DNA of 64,000 nucleotides from Ginglymostoma cirratum (Eukaryota): positions 45,106,051 to 45,170,050 of the forward strand of contig JAHRHZ010000021.1 in assembly GCA_024137785.1 (NCBI GenBank), written 5' to 3'. Below, one piece after another: positions 49,415 to 60,479 of the stretch (position 1 is its first letter; each line of letters begins with the position of its first letter). Under the pieces are notes generated by a model. It did not search any database and had not been told where the DNA came from. It saw only the letters and a list, made by a program, of their open reading frames with translations. The position numbers and the translations under genes were made by a program.

Positions 49415-52042
49415 TGTGGGCAGAAACTTTTACTTTTCAGAACCACTTAGGGCAGGACGGGTGGAGATGCCACAGGCACTGAACGTGTTGAAAACTCAGC
49501 AATGTGTGTATTTTATTTTTTTTAATGCAGACATTCCAATTGCTACAGATGCCTGGTTTCCTGACCAAGTGGAATTCATAAAATCCGAATGCAAACTTAT
49601 TCAGCTTCATTACTTATAGGGTCCCTATAAGGATCCGTATTGAAAGAGGGTAGAGGTTTATTGATAAGAGTTACAGCATGCACAGATGGAGGCTGAAAGT
49701 GACAAGGCAACATCATGTTTCAGTGATGAGACTCAGGAGATGAAACTGCAGGCTGCAAGGGATGATGGACTGATACTGTTTGCTGTGGGTGGGAGGAAGA
49801 AGTTTGCCACAGAGAGCAGGCAGTTGTGGATGGAAGTTGCAAAAGAGGTCAGCAGCAGAAGTGTAGTGTTTTGCTCATGGATCTAATGCTGCAAGATGTT
49901 TGATTACCTCACCTGGCAAAACAATAAAAATCCAGGAACACTTGAAAACATATGTACAGTTCATAATATTGAAGTATACAAGACTCGGACCACCATGTCT
50001 CATTTGCTAGTTTGTACTGTGCTTTGTTTCTGGGCTGGTAAGGAAAGGTATGTGGCATATGAAATTCAATACCCCGATTGCCTTCTCATGTCATTACCCC
50101 TCTCTGTCGAGACATTTTGTCCCATCCCACTTGACCATTGACATTCACCCTCAACTTATGTCAATGTCAGATCCATCCCTCAGAGTGACCCTCCACAACT
50201 ATTTTCCTCCCGTTCCTTCAGAACAGTAGCTCTCACTTGAGGCTTTCATCTTTCTGTCCTTGCAGAAAGGGACAGGAGTAGAGCTGAAGGTGGCCCTCAA
50301 GTCCTAGCCACCTTAACAGATCCAGAGGAGGGAGTGCTGGAGAGGGGCCTGGTCTCAGTCTGCATTGGTGATGGAAAGATGAGAGCCTCCCAGCTACATG
50401 ATAACAGAATTAAATATCACACATGGAGCATATGGCACACAGAACCACTCATGTTGATATGAACTCATTACCCAGTGAAATATGATCACATGCACCATAA
50501 CGGCAGAAACCTCTCACCTTGTCAGTGCTAATTCATGTCTTTTATCTGCTGCAGGCCCTTTAAATGTCTCTTGGAGTGGTGCAGGGGGATGATAAAGTAT
50601 TCACAGAAAAGGTCACTATTTTTGAGGATGCCCCACCACAAGCCTCGTATACATCATCCACTAGCCAGTGTACACCCACTTCAGGGGCTTATCAAGACAG
50701 TTAATTGGATTGTCATGTGATATCAAAAACGTCCTAACGAAGTAACTGTAGATGGGTAAGACAGGGATAGCAGTGAAGAGTTCCCAGTATGGGCGTAGGA
50801 CACTTCAAGCTCTGTTCAGCTTAATGCAAATGCAGAGCTTCCATCAATGTTAGCAAAGTGGGCTTTTTCTGGAGTAGCAGTAGAAAAGGTGCGAGGCCTG
50901 TCAGCCATTCCAGGTATAGTGCTCAGGTGTGCCTTAGGCCTCTGTGCAGTTGTTTAAATCCGTGGAAAGTGTGTGTTCCTGCACAGAGCATCAGATGCAG
51001 CAATCAGTTAAGTGCAAGCTGGCTGTGGCTCAGAATGTTACCATTAGCTGGATTGAGGAATACTGATCATCGAGTGCCTCAGTAAACTGTAGTATAGCGC
51101 TGTCTATATCTTGGCTTACAGAGAGGTGTTGGTGTGTCCTGGAAGGAGCATTCACTCTGTGGGCACTCCAATTCCTGACCCTTTCCGCACCCTTATTCAG
51201 AGTTCCACAGGCCTCTTCCTGTCTCCAGGCAAAGTCTGCCTCTGCAGAGATGCAAGACATTGGTAAGGACCTACCAAGTTCCAAAGCCTAAGGAGACATT
51301 GATTAAAAGCATGTGGTCTTTCTGACCAGCCGTGTTGATCTAAAAGTACTTCTAAATGCCAGGCCTGGCAAACATGGTCACTTGTGGAATACATTTGCAT
51401 GCACCAGATTGTGACATTCAACAGATATCACCAATTGATGCCTGAATGAACCAAGAGTCCAAAAAATAAAGGCTGCAATGATCTTCACTAACACTGGCAA
51501 TGCCCACCTGCGCATCTGGTCTATTTGGCAGGAGGTCTTCTTCCATGAGGCTGCAATACCTGATGGGAAACCATGAGTCCACTGAGGCAATGGTTCTTGG
51601 TGACAACCTGAAATCGGATGTACTGCCTTTAGAAACTTTGTCAGCTATGTTGATACTTTTGAGTTGGAACTGCAAGCTTATTCCCTTTGTTTTGAGGAGC
51701 AACAGGTGACCGAGAAGGGTGTAGCTGCTCCTGCTTTTGCTAATCCTCTTGTATATGTGGAGGTCTATGCTGGAGGTTAAGTGCTCCCATTGCTGATCTG
51801 AAAGTTAACAGCTAGGTAGGGCATGAAGTTCAAAGACAAAAAAAGTTCAAGATAGCAGAAATGACCTCCAAGGTGTTGGAAATACATCTCTGAAGCAGGG
51901 AAAGTAGAATCTCAGGGCAGGTCGTTTATCAGCAAGGCAACATCCATTATTGCTGTATCTTTTAAAGCACTTTTTGCCTGCCAGTTGCCTAGCCTGTCAA
52001 ATCCCACCTCCATCTCATTTTGCGTTCCTGGAAAGTTCCATG
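49415..52042. mobile_element. Decayed two-gene Harbinger transposon: Myb/SANT gene (+, from 49686) and HARBI1-like transposase (-, ~51000-51700), convergent
   Basis: Plus: SCFSDETQEMKLQAARDDGLILFAVGGRKK...LWMEVAKEVSSRSVVFCSWI*CCKMFDYL (Myb/SANT). Minus: CSLMEEDLLP...ALPVLVKIIAAFIFWTLGSF..IGDIC (HARBI1-type N-terminus). Confidence 0.65.
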
Positions 52043-53789
52043 GTATTAAAGTTGGAACTCTGCATTTAAGACGCAGCTAAACACTTCACATATTTAAATA
52101 AAAGATTCGCTCTTCCCCACCACTGCACTGTCCCATGAGATTTCTATTGCATGATCTACATCACACTCTGTTTAAAGCTGAAAATTCGTCCATTGTTTCT
52201 AATTTCCCAATAGTTGCAGCTACTTTAACCTGCCATGCACTCAGAAACCATCTCTCCTTGACAGGTTGAAATTCCCTCCTAAAGTACGTGAAGAAAAGTA
52301 CAGTCCAAAATGTTGGTCAGAAATCAACACTTTATTTGTTTCTAAACAAAAGCACTGATTAGGAAACTGGCTGAAACAGAATACAGCCCTGCAGTACCGA
52401 TGCCTTGTACAAGCAAAAGCACTCACTCACTCACTGTGCCAGCTCATAACAATGTAAGAAACAATGCGTTCCTAAAGGCAAGGTGATGCTTTACAGTTTT
52501 AAGTACTCTATTCTTTACATGGTTCGAACATATTGGAAAGCTAGCCTTCCCAAAACAGAGCATGGCAGTCAGTGAAGAGAGAACATTCAATTTAGAGTTC
52601 TTGGAAAATACAGAGATGAGATACATTAGAGTGGCTGATCCTCATTCTGTGACAAAATTAAAGTTGCAAACTTAAAGGTACAAAAATGTGGGACTTGCTA
52701 TTGGTAATGTGGCAGAAATCAACAGTAGCTTCTCTGATGCTGCAAGGGGCCACATTTTTGATACAAGTGGTGAAAATAGATTTTTTTTAAAATTTCATTG
52801 TCCAAGACCAGCTTGAACAGATTTCACACAGATATTAACACTATATCTTTCTCAACAGCTGCATTTGTACATAAAGTGCTACAAAACTAGAAAAACTGAG
52901 ATTACCAAGGATTCCTAAAAGCAAGATTTCTAAATGTGGCTGTGCTAATATCAGTACTCCAAAGCTTAATGCTCACATCTATTTGAAATTCATTTGTATT
53001 CCATTCTGATCGAACAAAAATCCAATTCACAGCTTGCAAAGTGAGGGTCAATGTAATCAGTTGGTGTTTTCTCACCTCTTGAGTTTGAAGGTTGCTAGTT
53101 CAAGATTTATTCCAGCTTTTGCAGGTATAGCCACTGATAGCACTTCAGTGTAGTAATGTGAGACTGTTCATTGCTGGAGTTAATAATGCTGAAATTGCAC
53201 AGCTTCAGAAAAGAAGCACTGGGATCAAGATAGATGACTAACTGAGTGTGTCTTTGAACAGAGTGTTGGGAATTAGGTGAGTAATGGAATCTCAATTCAT
53301 CTAAAATTCTGTTTGTATTTTGCATTGAATATTTATTTATCTGTAATTTATTGTTCAAATTCTAAATGTTATTCACGCTTAAGCAGAGATATATGCAAGT
53401 CTCTATTTGGGAGCAATGAAGCTAATTAATTGAAGAAACCAGCTTAAATTAGTTCCCTTATATCTGGGGCTAAGCTACCTTAGAGCATAAATACAGAGGC
53501 TTCTCTGTGCAACCTAGTTCAGAGTATAACTTTGACAAAGTTCTGAGTTTAGTAAGTAAAAGAGTTAGGGGACAGATTAGTTACTTTGCTTTGCTTTTTC
53601 CAACATCTTCACCCTTTAGTAATTGCTTCTCAGACCATTATAGAGGAAGAAGATCTTTGGTGAGTACCTGATAAGTGATTAAAACTTAGTCTATTCCTAT
53701 GGTTGAGAATAGCATTGGAACTGGTGCTAAAGTTTTGTAAAGTATACAAATGAGGAAAAATAAATAACTGAATAAAATAATTTGGGGAA

Positions 53790-54106
53790 GTGAGGCCTAG
53801 TAGTATTATCACAGGAATGTTAACCCAGAGGCCTAGGAAATGTTCCGGGGTCCCGGGTTCGAATCCCACCATGGCTGATGGTGGAATTTGAATTCAATAA
53901 CAGAAATATCTGGATTTAAGAGTCTAATTATGACCATGAATCCATTGTTGATTGTCAGGAAAAACTCATCTGGCTCACTAATATCCTTTAGAGAAGGAAA
54001 CTGCCATCCTTACCTGGTCTGGCCTATCTGTGACTCCAGACCCACAACAATGTGGTTGATTCTTAACAGCCCTCTGGGCAATTAGGGATGGGCAATGAAT
54101 AAAAAA
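53790..54106 (+). mobile_element. tRNA-derived SINE whose tail matches the Zenon-like LINE 3' end
   Basis: B box gggttcgaatccc; tail gggcaattagggatgggcaatgaataaa resembles the LINE end (gatgggcaacaaa...gaataaaa at ~5990-6045). A reverse copy starts at ~63895. Confidence 0.65.
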
Positions 54107-54444
54107 AGTGCGTAGAAGCTGATGTAAGCTCTCTGTTCAGCCGTTTATGGGACTGTTAGAGAATGGGGAGTTTAGGTTGAGATTTGGCTGAGTTTATTGA
54201 ATTAACTCATGATGCACAGGGCAAGCAAGGCGTGATGATCCAAGTTGCAATCTCTATTCATCTCCCACCATCTCCTCTTTCATGTTCAATTTCTCATCCC
54301 TTCCCTCATACACCTACTGTTCAGCTGCATGTAGTTTCTAGCAAGGACTGTTTCTTCATTACAGCAACGTGGTGGCACTACATGCAGCAGATAACCTGAG
54401 TGAGCGAGTGAAAGAGTGAGGAGATGAAAGAGTGAGTCAGTGAG

Positions 54445-54572
54445 NNNNNNNNNNNNNNNNNNNNNNNNNNNNNNNNNNNNNNNNNNNNNNNNNNNNNNNN
54501 NNNNNNNNNNNNNNNNNNNNNNNNNNNNNNNNNNNNNNNNNNNNNNNNNNNNNNNNNNNNNNNNNNNNNNNN
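54445..54572. other. Assembly gap (128 N) next to a GAGT-rich simple repeat
   Basis: Run of n. Confidence 0.99.
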
Positions 54573-54599
54573 GGAACAAGCCCTCTTCTGAGGCTGGAG

Positions 54600-54700
54600 T
54601 AGAGTCATAGCATCATAGAGTCATACAGTATAGAAACAGACCCTTTGGTCCAACTCGTCAATGCAGACCAAGTTTCCCAAATTTAACTTGTCCCGTTTTC
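54600..54700 (-). mobile_element. CR1 3' tail fragment
   Basis: (agagtcat)n then cagtatagaaacagaccc. Confidence 0.7.
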
Positions 54701-55774
54701 TTTCATTTGGCTGTGAAAATAGGCATATTTCAGTGAAGACCTTCTTAACAAAGCACCGCGTGTCAAACATTGGTCTTTGCTGAGGTTCAAGGAAGAGAAT
54801 TGCTCCCTGATCATCCTCGGCAGAAATGGCCTCCTCTTGAAAGCCATTTCCCCTCTTCCAGCAATTTGTCCTGCTCTGTTTGACCTCTGTTTATCCTCCC
54901 AGTCATACTTTATTCTAAACAAAACTAATGCACCTATGTCTGATAGAATAACTGATTTATGAAAAACCCTTAAAGTCAGCAAAAACATCCTTCAGTCTCT
55001 GCCACATGATTCCTGATAGACTTTTGAAACTTGAAACAATTAAGCAAAGCACCACTGCCACTTGGAATTTCAGCAGCAAGAAATCAACCACCAGCCACGC
55101 TATAACTAGTAGATAAATCTCTTTGGTCAGTAGGAGAACTGATGTCTGTTTCTTTGATTTGAGTCGTAGTGGACTTGCCTCCATTTAGTCTTCCTGATAA
55201 TGATGTGTTGAGACTAGTACTGGCATTCATATCTGTTCAGTGATCGATTTAGGTGCAGATGTAGCCAGTCTTATCATGTTGGCGAAAGGTTGCTAAAATC
55301 AGCATGGGTTGGTGAGAGTTGTGGATGCTGATTGGGTTGTAAAGAAAATATGAAAGGTCCTTCAAAGTTTGACTCTTGCAGATAGAATTCTACCTTCATG
55401 ATCCCTGCCTTTATTATTAAACCAACTGAGAGATGACAAATATTATAAGTATTCCTGCCAATGGTCTAATGCAACTGACATCCAACAATCTAGCCAAAAC
55501 AAGAATAGGATTTATAAGTACTCAAACAAGTGAAGACACTTTTATAAAGCCATTTATACATTGTTACTCTTAGACAAGACGTCAGAATTTTTTGTCTTGC
55601 ACTCATCAGGTCTGGGAAGCAAGACTTGACAAAAGGTACACCAATTTATACAGAATGAAAAGAAGGTGCTGATTGGTTGGGCCTTTGTTGGCATGGAGAA
55701 GCAGCAAGAACAGTTGCATGGTTATCAGAGCATGTATGTAGAGTCTGATGATTCTGTGGCAGTGAGGGTAAATT

Positions 55775-57708
55775 TAGGATGGGTTGTAGCTTTCATGGTG
55801 CTAGGATTAAGGACATTTTTAAACGTTACAAGAATATTGTTAAAGGTGAGACTGAGAAACCAGAAATCATTGTACAAATTGCTAGGAATGACATTTTTAG
55901 AGAAAAGATTAAAGTAGTACAGAGTGAATTTAAGACGTTAGGCAGGAGATTAAAAAATAAAACCTGAAAAGTCGTAATTTCTCCTTTACTCCAAATGCTA
56001 AACTCATATGAGGGAAGGAACAAAAGGTTAAAGGAGATAAATTAATGGCTGAAGAGCTGGTGAAGTGTTCAGGGATTCATGTCTTTTGGACAATTGGCAT
56101 GTCTTTTGGGATAGAAAAGACCTGTTCAAAAAGGATGGGTCTAACCTAAACTGGAAAGGGACCAATATCTTAGCAGAGAGATTTGCTCATTCTATTAATG
56201 GAGGCTTTATACTGATACAGAAGGCGAGTGAAGGAATTCTAAGTAGCAGTGTAAATGGAAGGATAGTTGGGGTAGTTTCTGAATGCGAGGAAAGCACATC
56301 AATTAGAAAAAAAAGACAAGAGAGAGTCAGAGTATGTAGTAACTCTGAAGAACTAAATTGCATTTATTTCAATGCAAAGGGTCTTACAGATAAAGGCTGA
56401 TGAACTCAGGGCATGTTAAGAACATGGGATTGGGACGTCACAGCTATTATACAAATTTGACTGAGAGATGGACAAGACTGGCAGCTCAATGTTCCGGGTT
56501 TTAGATGCTATAGGAAGGATAGAAAAGGAGGCAAGAAAGAAGGAGAGTGGCATTTTTGATTGAGGAATACATTACTATTGCAACTAGGCAAGATATTTCT
56601 GAAAAATCATCCAGTGAAAATATACAGGTAGAAATTACAAATAAGAAAAGAAAGATCACTTTGATGGGATTTTACTATAGGCCCCCTAGGAGTAAGAGAG
56701 AAACTGAGAAATAAATATGTAGGGCGATCTCAGATATATATAAGCATAATAATGTTGTAATAATGGGGGATTTTAATTTTTACAAACATTGACTGGGACT
56801 ACCATAGTGTTAAAGGTTTGGATGTGCTCAAGAAGAGTTTCTTTACCAATATGTGGATGCTCCTACTAGAAAAGGAGCAAAACTAGACCTTCTTTTGGGC
56901 AAAAAGGCAGGGCAGGTGTCTGATGTAAAATTAGGGGAACACTTCAGGTCTAGCAATCACAATTCTATTAGCTTCAAAATGGTTATGGAAAAGGAGAAGC
57001 CTTCTATAAAAATTAAAGTTTTAAATTGGAGTAAGGCAAATTGTAATGGTATGAGACAAGAACTTTCAAAGGTTGATTGGAGTAGACTGTTTGCTGGTAA
57101 AAGGATGTCTGACAAGTGGGAGACTTTCAAGAGTGTGATGATGAGAGTTCAGAGGCATTATGTTCCTGTTAGAGTGAAGGATAAAGCTTGTAAGATTAAG
57201 GAACAATGAATGAATAAAGATATTGAGGTTCTATTCAAGAATAAAAGGGAATCATTTTGTTAGATACAGACAACTTGGTTCAATTGGATCTCTTAATCAA
57301 TATATAGAGTGTAGAGGCACTCTTAAGAGAGAGATAAGGAAGGCAAACAGGAGATATTAGACAGCATTGGCAGTAAAGGTTAAAGATAATCCAAAGAGAT
57401 TCTACAAACACATTAAGAGCAAGAGGGTAACTAGAGAGAGGGTTGGGCCTCTTAAAGATCGAGGAGGTCATCTTTGCGTTGAACCCCAGGAGATGGGAGG
57501 GATACTAAACGAATATTTCGTGTCAGTTTTTACTGTGGAGAAAGAAATGGAGTCTAGAGAATGCAGAGAAATAAACTTTGATGTTTTAAAAGCAGTTTAC
57601 ATTACTGGAGAGGAAGTTTGGAAGGTCTTAGAGAATATAAAGGTGGATAAATCTCCGGGACCTGACCTAATATATCCCAGAACATTGAGGGAGGTAAGGG
57701 AGGAAATT
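55775..57708 (+). mobile_element. CR1 LINE 5'/middle part (ORF1 esterase, APE, start of RT), decayed
   Basis: FHGARIKDI...PEIIVQIARND, LNWKGTNILAERF, CIYFNAKGL, PTRKGAKLDLLLG, DKSPGPDLIYPRTL. Confidence 0.9.
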
Positions 57709-59546
57709 ACATAGAAACATAGAAGAAAGGAGCAGGAGGACGCCATTTGGCCTTTCGACCCTGCTCCACCATTCATCACGATCATGGCTAATCATCTAAC
57801 TCAATAGCCTAATCCTGCTTTCTCCCCATAACCTTTGATCCCATTCACCCCAAGTGCCATATCTTGCTGCCTCTTGAATACGTTCAATGTTTTGGCATCA
57901 AATACTTCCTGTGGTAATGAATTTCACAGGCTCACCACTCTTTGGGTAAAGAAATGTCTCCTCATCTCCGTCCTAAATTGTCTACCCAGAATCCTCAAAT
58001 GTGACCCCTGGTTCTGGACACTCACATCATTGGGGACATCCTTCCTGCATCTACCTTGTCCAGTCCTGCTAGAATTTTATAAGTCTCATTAAGATTCCAC
58101 CCCTCCCATTCGTCTGAACTCCAGCAAAAACAATCCCAACTTAGTCAATGTCTCCTCATACATTAGACCCGCCATTCCTGGAATCAGCCTGATACACCTT
58201 TGCTGCATTCCCTCAAGAGCAAGAGCTTCCTTCCTCAGAAAAGGAGACCAAAACTGCACACAATAGTCTAAGTGTGGCCTCACCAAGGCCCTGTATAACT
58301 GCAACAACACATTCCTGCGTACTCGAAACCTCTCGCAATGAAGGCCAACATACCATTTGCCTTCTTTACTGCCTGCTGCACCTGCATGCTTACCTTCAGC
58401 AACTGGTGCACAAGGACACCCTGGTCCCACTGCACACTCCCCTCTCCCAATTTACAGCCATTCAGGTAATAAGCTGCCACCTTGTTGTTGGTTCCAAAGT
58501 GAATAATCTCATATTTGTTTAAATTATACTGCATCTGCCATTGATCTCCCTGCTCACCCAACCTGTCCAGATCATGCTGAAGGATCTCTGTATCCTCGTC
58601 ATAGTTCACCCTCCCACCCAACTTGGTATCATCTGCAAACTTGGAGATGTTATGTTTTGTTCCCTCATCCAAATCATTAATATAAATTGTGAACAGCTGA
58701 GGTCCCAGCACTGATCCCTGTGGCACCCCACTAGTTACGGCCTGCCAATTTGAAAAGGGTCCATTAATTCCTACTTTGGTTTTGGAGACGAAACAAAGTT
58801 TCCTATCCATCTCAATACAGTTCCCCTAATTCCATGTGCTTTCATCTTGCACATTAAGCTCTTATGTGAGACTTTGTCAAACGCTTTCTGAAAGTCCAAA
58901 TATACTACATCGACTGGCTTCCCCTTGTAAACTCTACTCATTACATCTTCATAGAATTCCAACAGATTTGTCAAGCATGATTTCCCCTTCATAAATCCAC
59001 GTCGACTCTGTCTGATTCTGCCACCACTATCTAAATGCTCTGCTATAAAATTCTTAGTAATGGATTTGAGAACATTCCCCTCTACCGATGTTAGGCTCAC
59101 AGTCTATAAATGCCTGTTTTCTTTATACCTCCTTTTTTGAATATTGGAGCTACATTATCCACCCTCCGATCTGCAGGGACTGTTCCAGAGTCTATAGAAT
59201 CCTGGAAGATGACCACCAATGCATCCACTATTTCTAGAGCTATTTCCTGAAGTACTCTGGGATGTAGATTATCAGGCCATGGGAATTTATTGGCCTTCAA
59301 TCCCAACAATTTTCCCAGCACCGTTTCCCTACTAATATTGATCTTCCTCAGCTCTTCCCTCTCACTAAATCTTGCATCCTACAACAATTCTGGTATCTGA
59401 CTTGTGTCCTCCTTTATGAAGACAGAACATAAGTACGTATTCAGTTCCTCAGCTATTTCTTTGTCCCCTATTATACATTCCCCCATTTCTGTCTGTAGGG
59501 GACCTACATTTGTCTTTACCAATCTCTTTCTCTTCACATACCTATA
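57709..59546 (-). mobile_element. CR1 LINE of a different subfamily (RT through 3' tail), antisense, nested
   Basis: YRYVKRKR, CLTNLLEFYEDV, YLDFQKAFDKV, SGVPQGSVLGP, KFADDTKLGG, and a (ttctatgt)n tail at 57709. Confidence 0.92.
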
Positions 59547-60178
59547 GGTGGTTAAAAAGGTATTTGGCAGGCTTGCCTTCATTGCTCAGTCCTTTGAGTA
59601 TTGGAGTTGAGATTTTATGTTGAGGTTGTATAGGACCTTAGTGAGGCCTCTTCTGAAATATTGTGTCCAGTTCTGGTTGCCCAGTTAAAGAAAGGATATT
59701 ATCAAGCTGGAGTGGATTCAGAGGAGATTTACCAAGATGTTGCGAGGCATGGAAGGTTTGAGTTATAAAGAAAGTCTGGATATTCTGGAACTTTCTTCAC
59801 TGGAGCATCGGAGGTTGAGAGGTGGCCTCATAGATGTTTATAAGATAATGAGAGGTATAGATAGAGTTGATGGTTATCTTTTCCCTGGGATGGAAATTTC
59901 AAGACTCAAGATGAGAGGAGAGAGATTTTAAAAAGACATAAGAGACCTTTTTTTTTCACACATGCGAGCGTTGTTCGCATGTGGCATGAAATTTCTGATG
60001 AAGTGGTGGATGCAGGTACAATTACAACATTTAAAAAGACATTTGGATGGATGGATATATGAGTAGGACAGTTTTGGAGGGATATGGACTGCGAGCAGGC
60101 TGAAGGGACTAGTTTAGTTTGGGATTATTTTCAACATGGACTGGTCGGATCCATGCTGTATGATTCTATGACTCTATG
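59547..60178 (+). mobile_element. CR1 LINE 3' end, probably the continuation of 55775-57708
   Basis: LYRTLVRPLLKYCVQFW...LEHRRLRGGLIDVYKIMRG and a tgattctatgactctatga tail. Confidence 0.88.
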
Positions 60179-60479
60179 AGTCAGGGTTTTACATTGGAGT
60201 GCAGCAGAGATTTAAAGTCTCCAGGACCCCTTCCTTTTATATAATGGTATAATGTGGGTACAAATTCATTTTGCCTGCATAAAATAACATCCTGTGCATT
60301 CATATATACAGCTTATGGATCATTTATTAAGCCAATTAAGATAATTGAGCCATTAAATTAGGAGTCAAGTGACAGTCATGAAAATGGGAATGTCTTCTTT
60401 TGAAGAAGGCCAACTTGATATTTTATAATGCGAAGTTGGGGGTTATATCCGAGTCTCTCTTAAATCAGACTAATAAAGC

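Noticed and set aside
49686-49886. Myb/SANT ORF as a functional domesticated gene
   Set aside because: In-frame stop within the domain (WI*CCK) and a decayed partner transposase.
54286-54608. ORFs containing X runs
   Set aside because: Artefacts of the assembly gap.
60455-60463. ctctcttaa upstream of the R2 ORF, matching part of the 28S R2 target (GACTCTCTTAAGG)
   Set aside because: Only 9 bp, with poor match on either side and seemingly too close to the ORF to leave room for a 5' UTR/ribozyme. Cannot be distinguished from chance.
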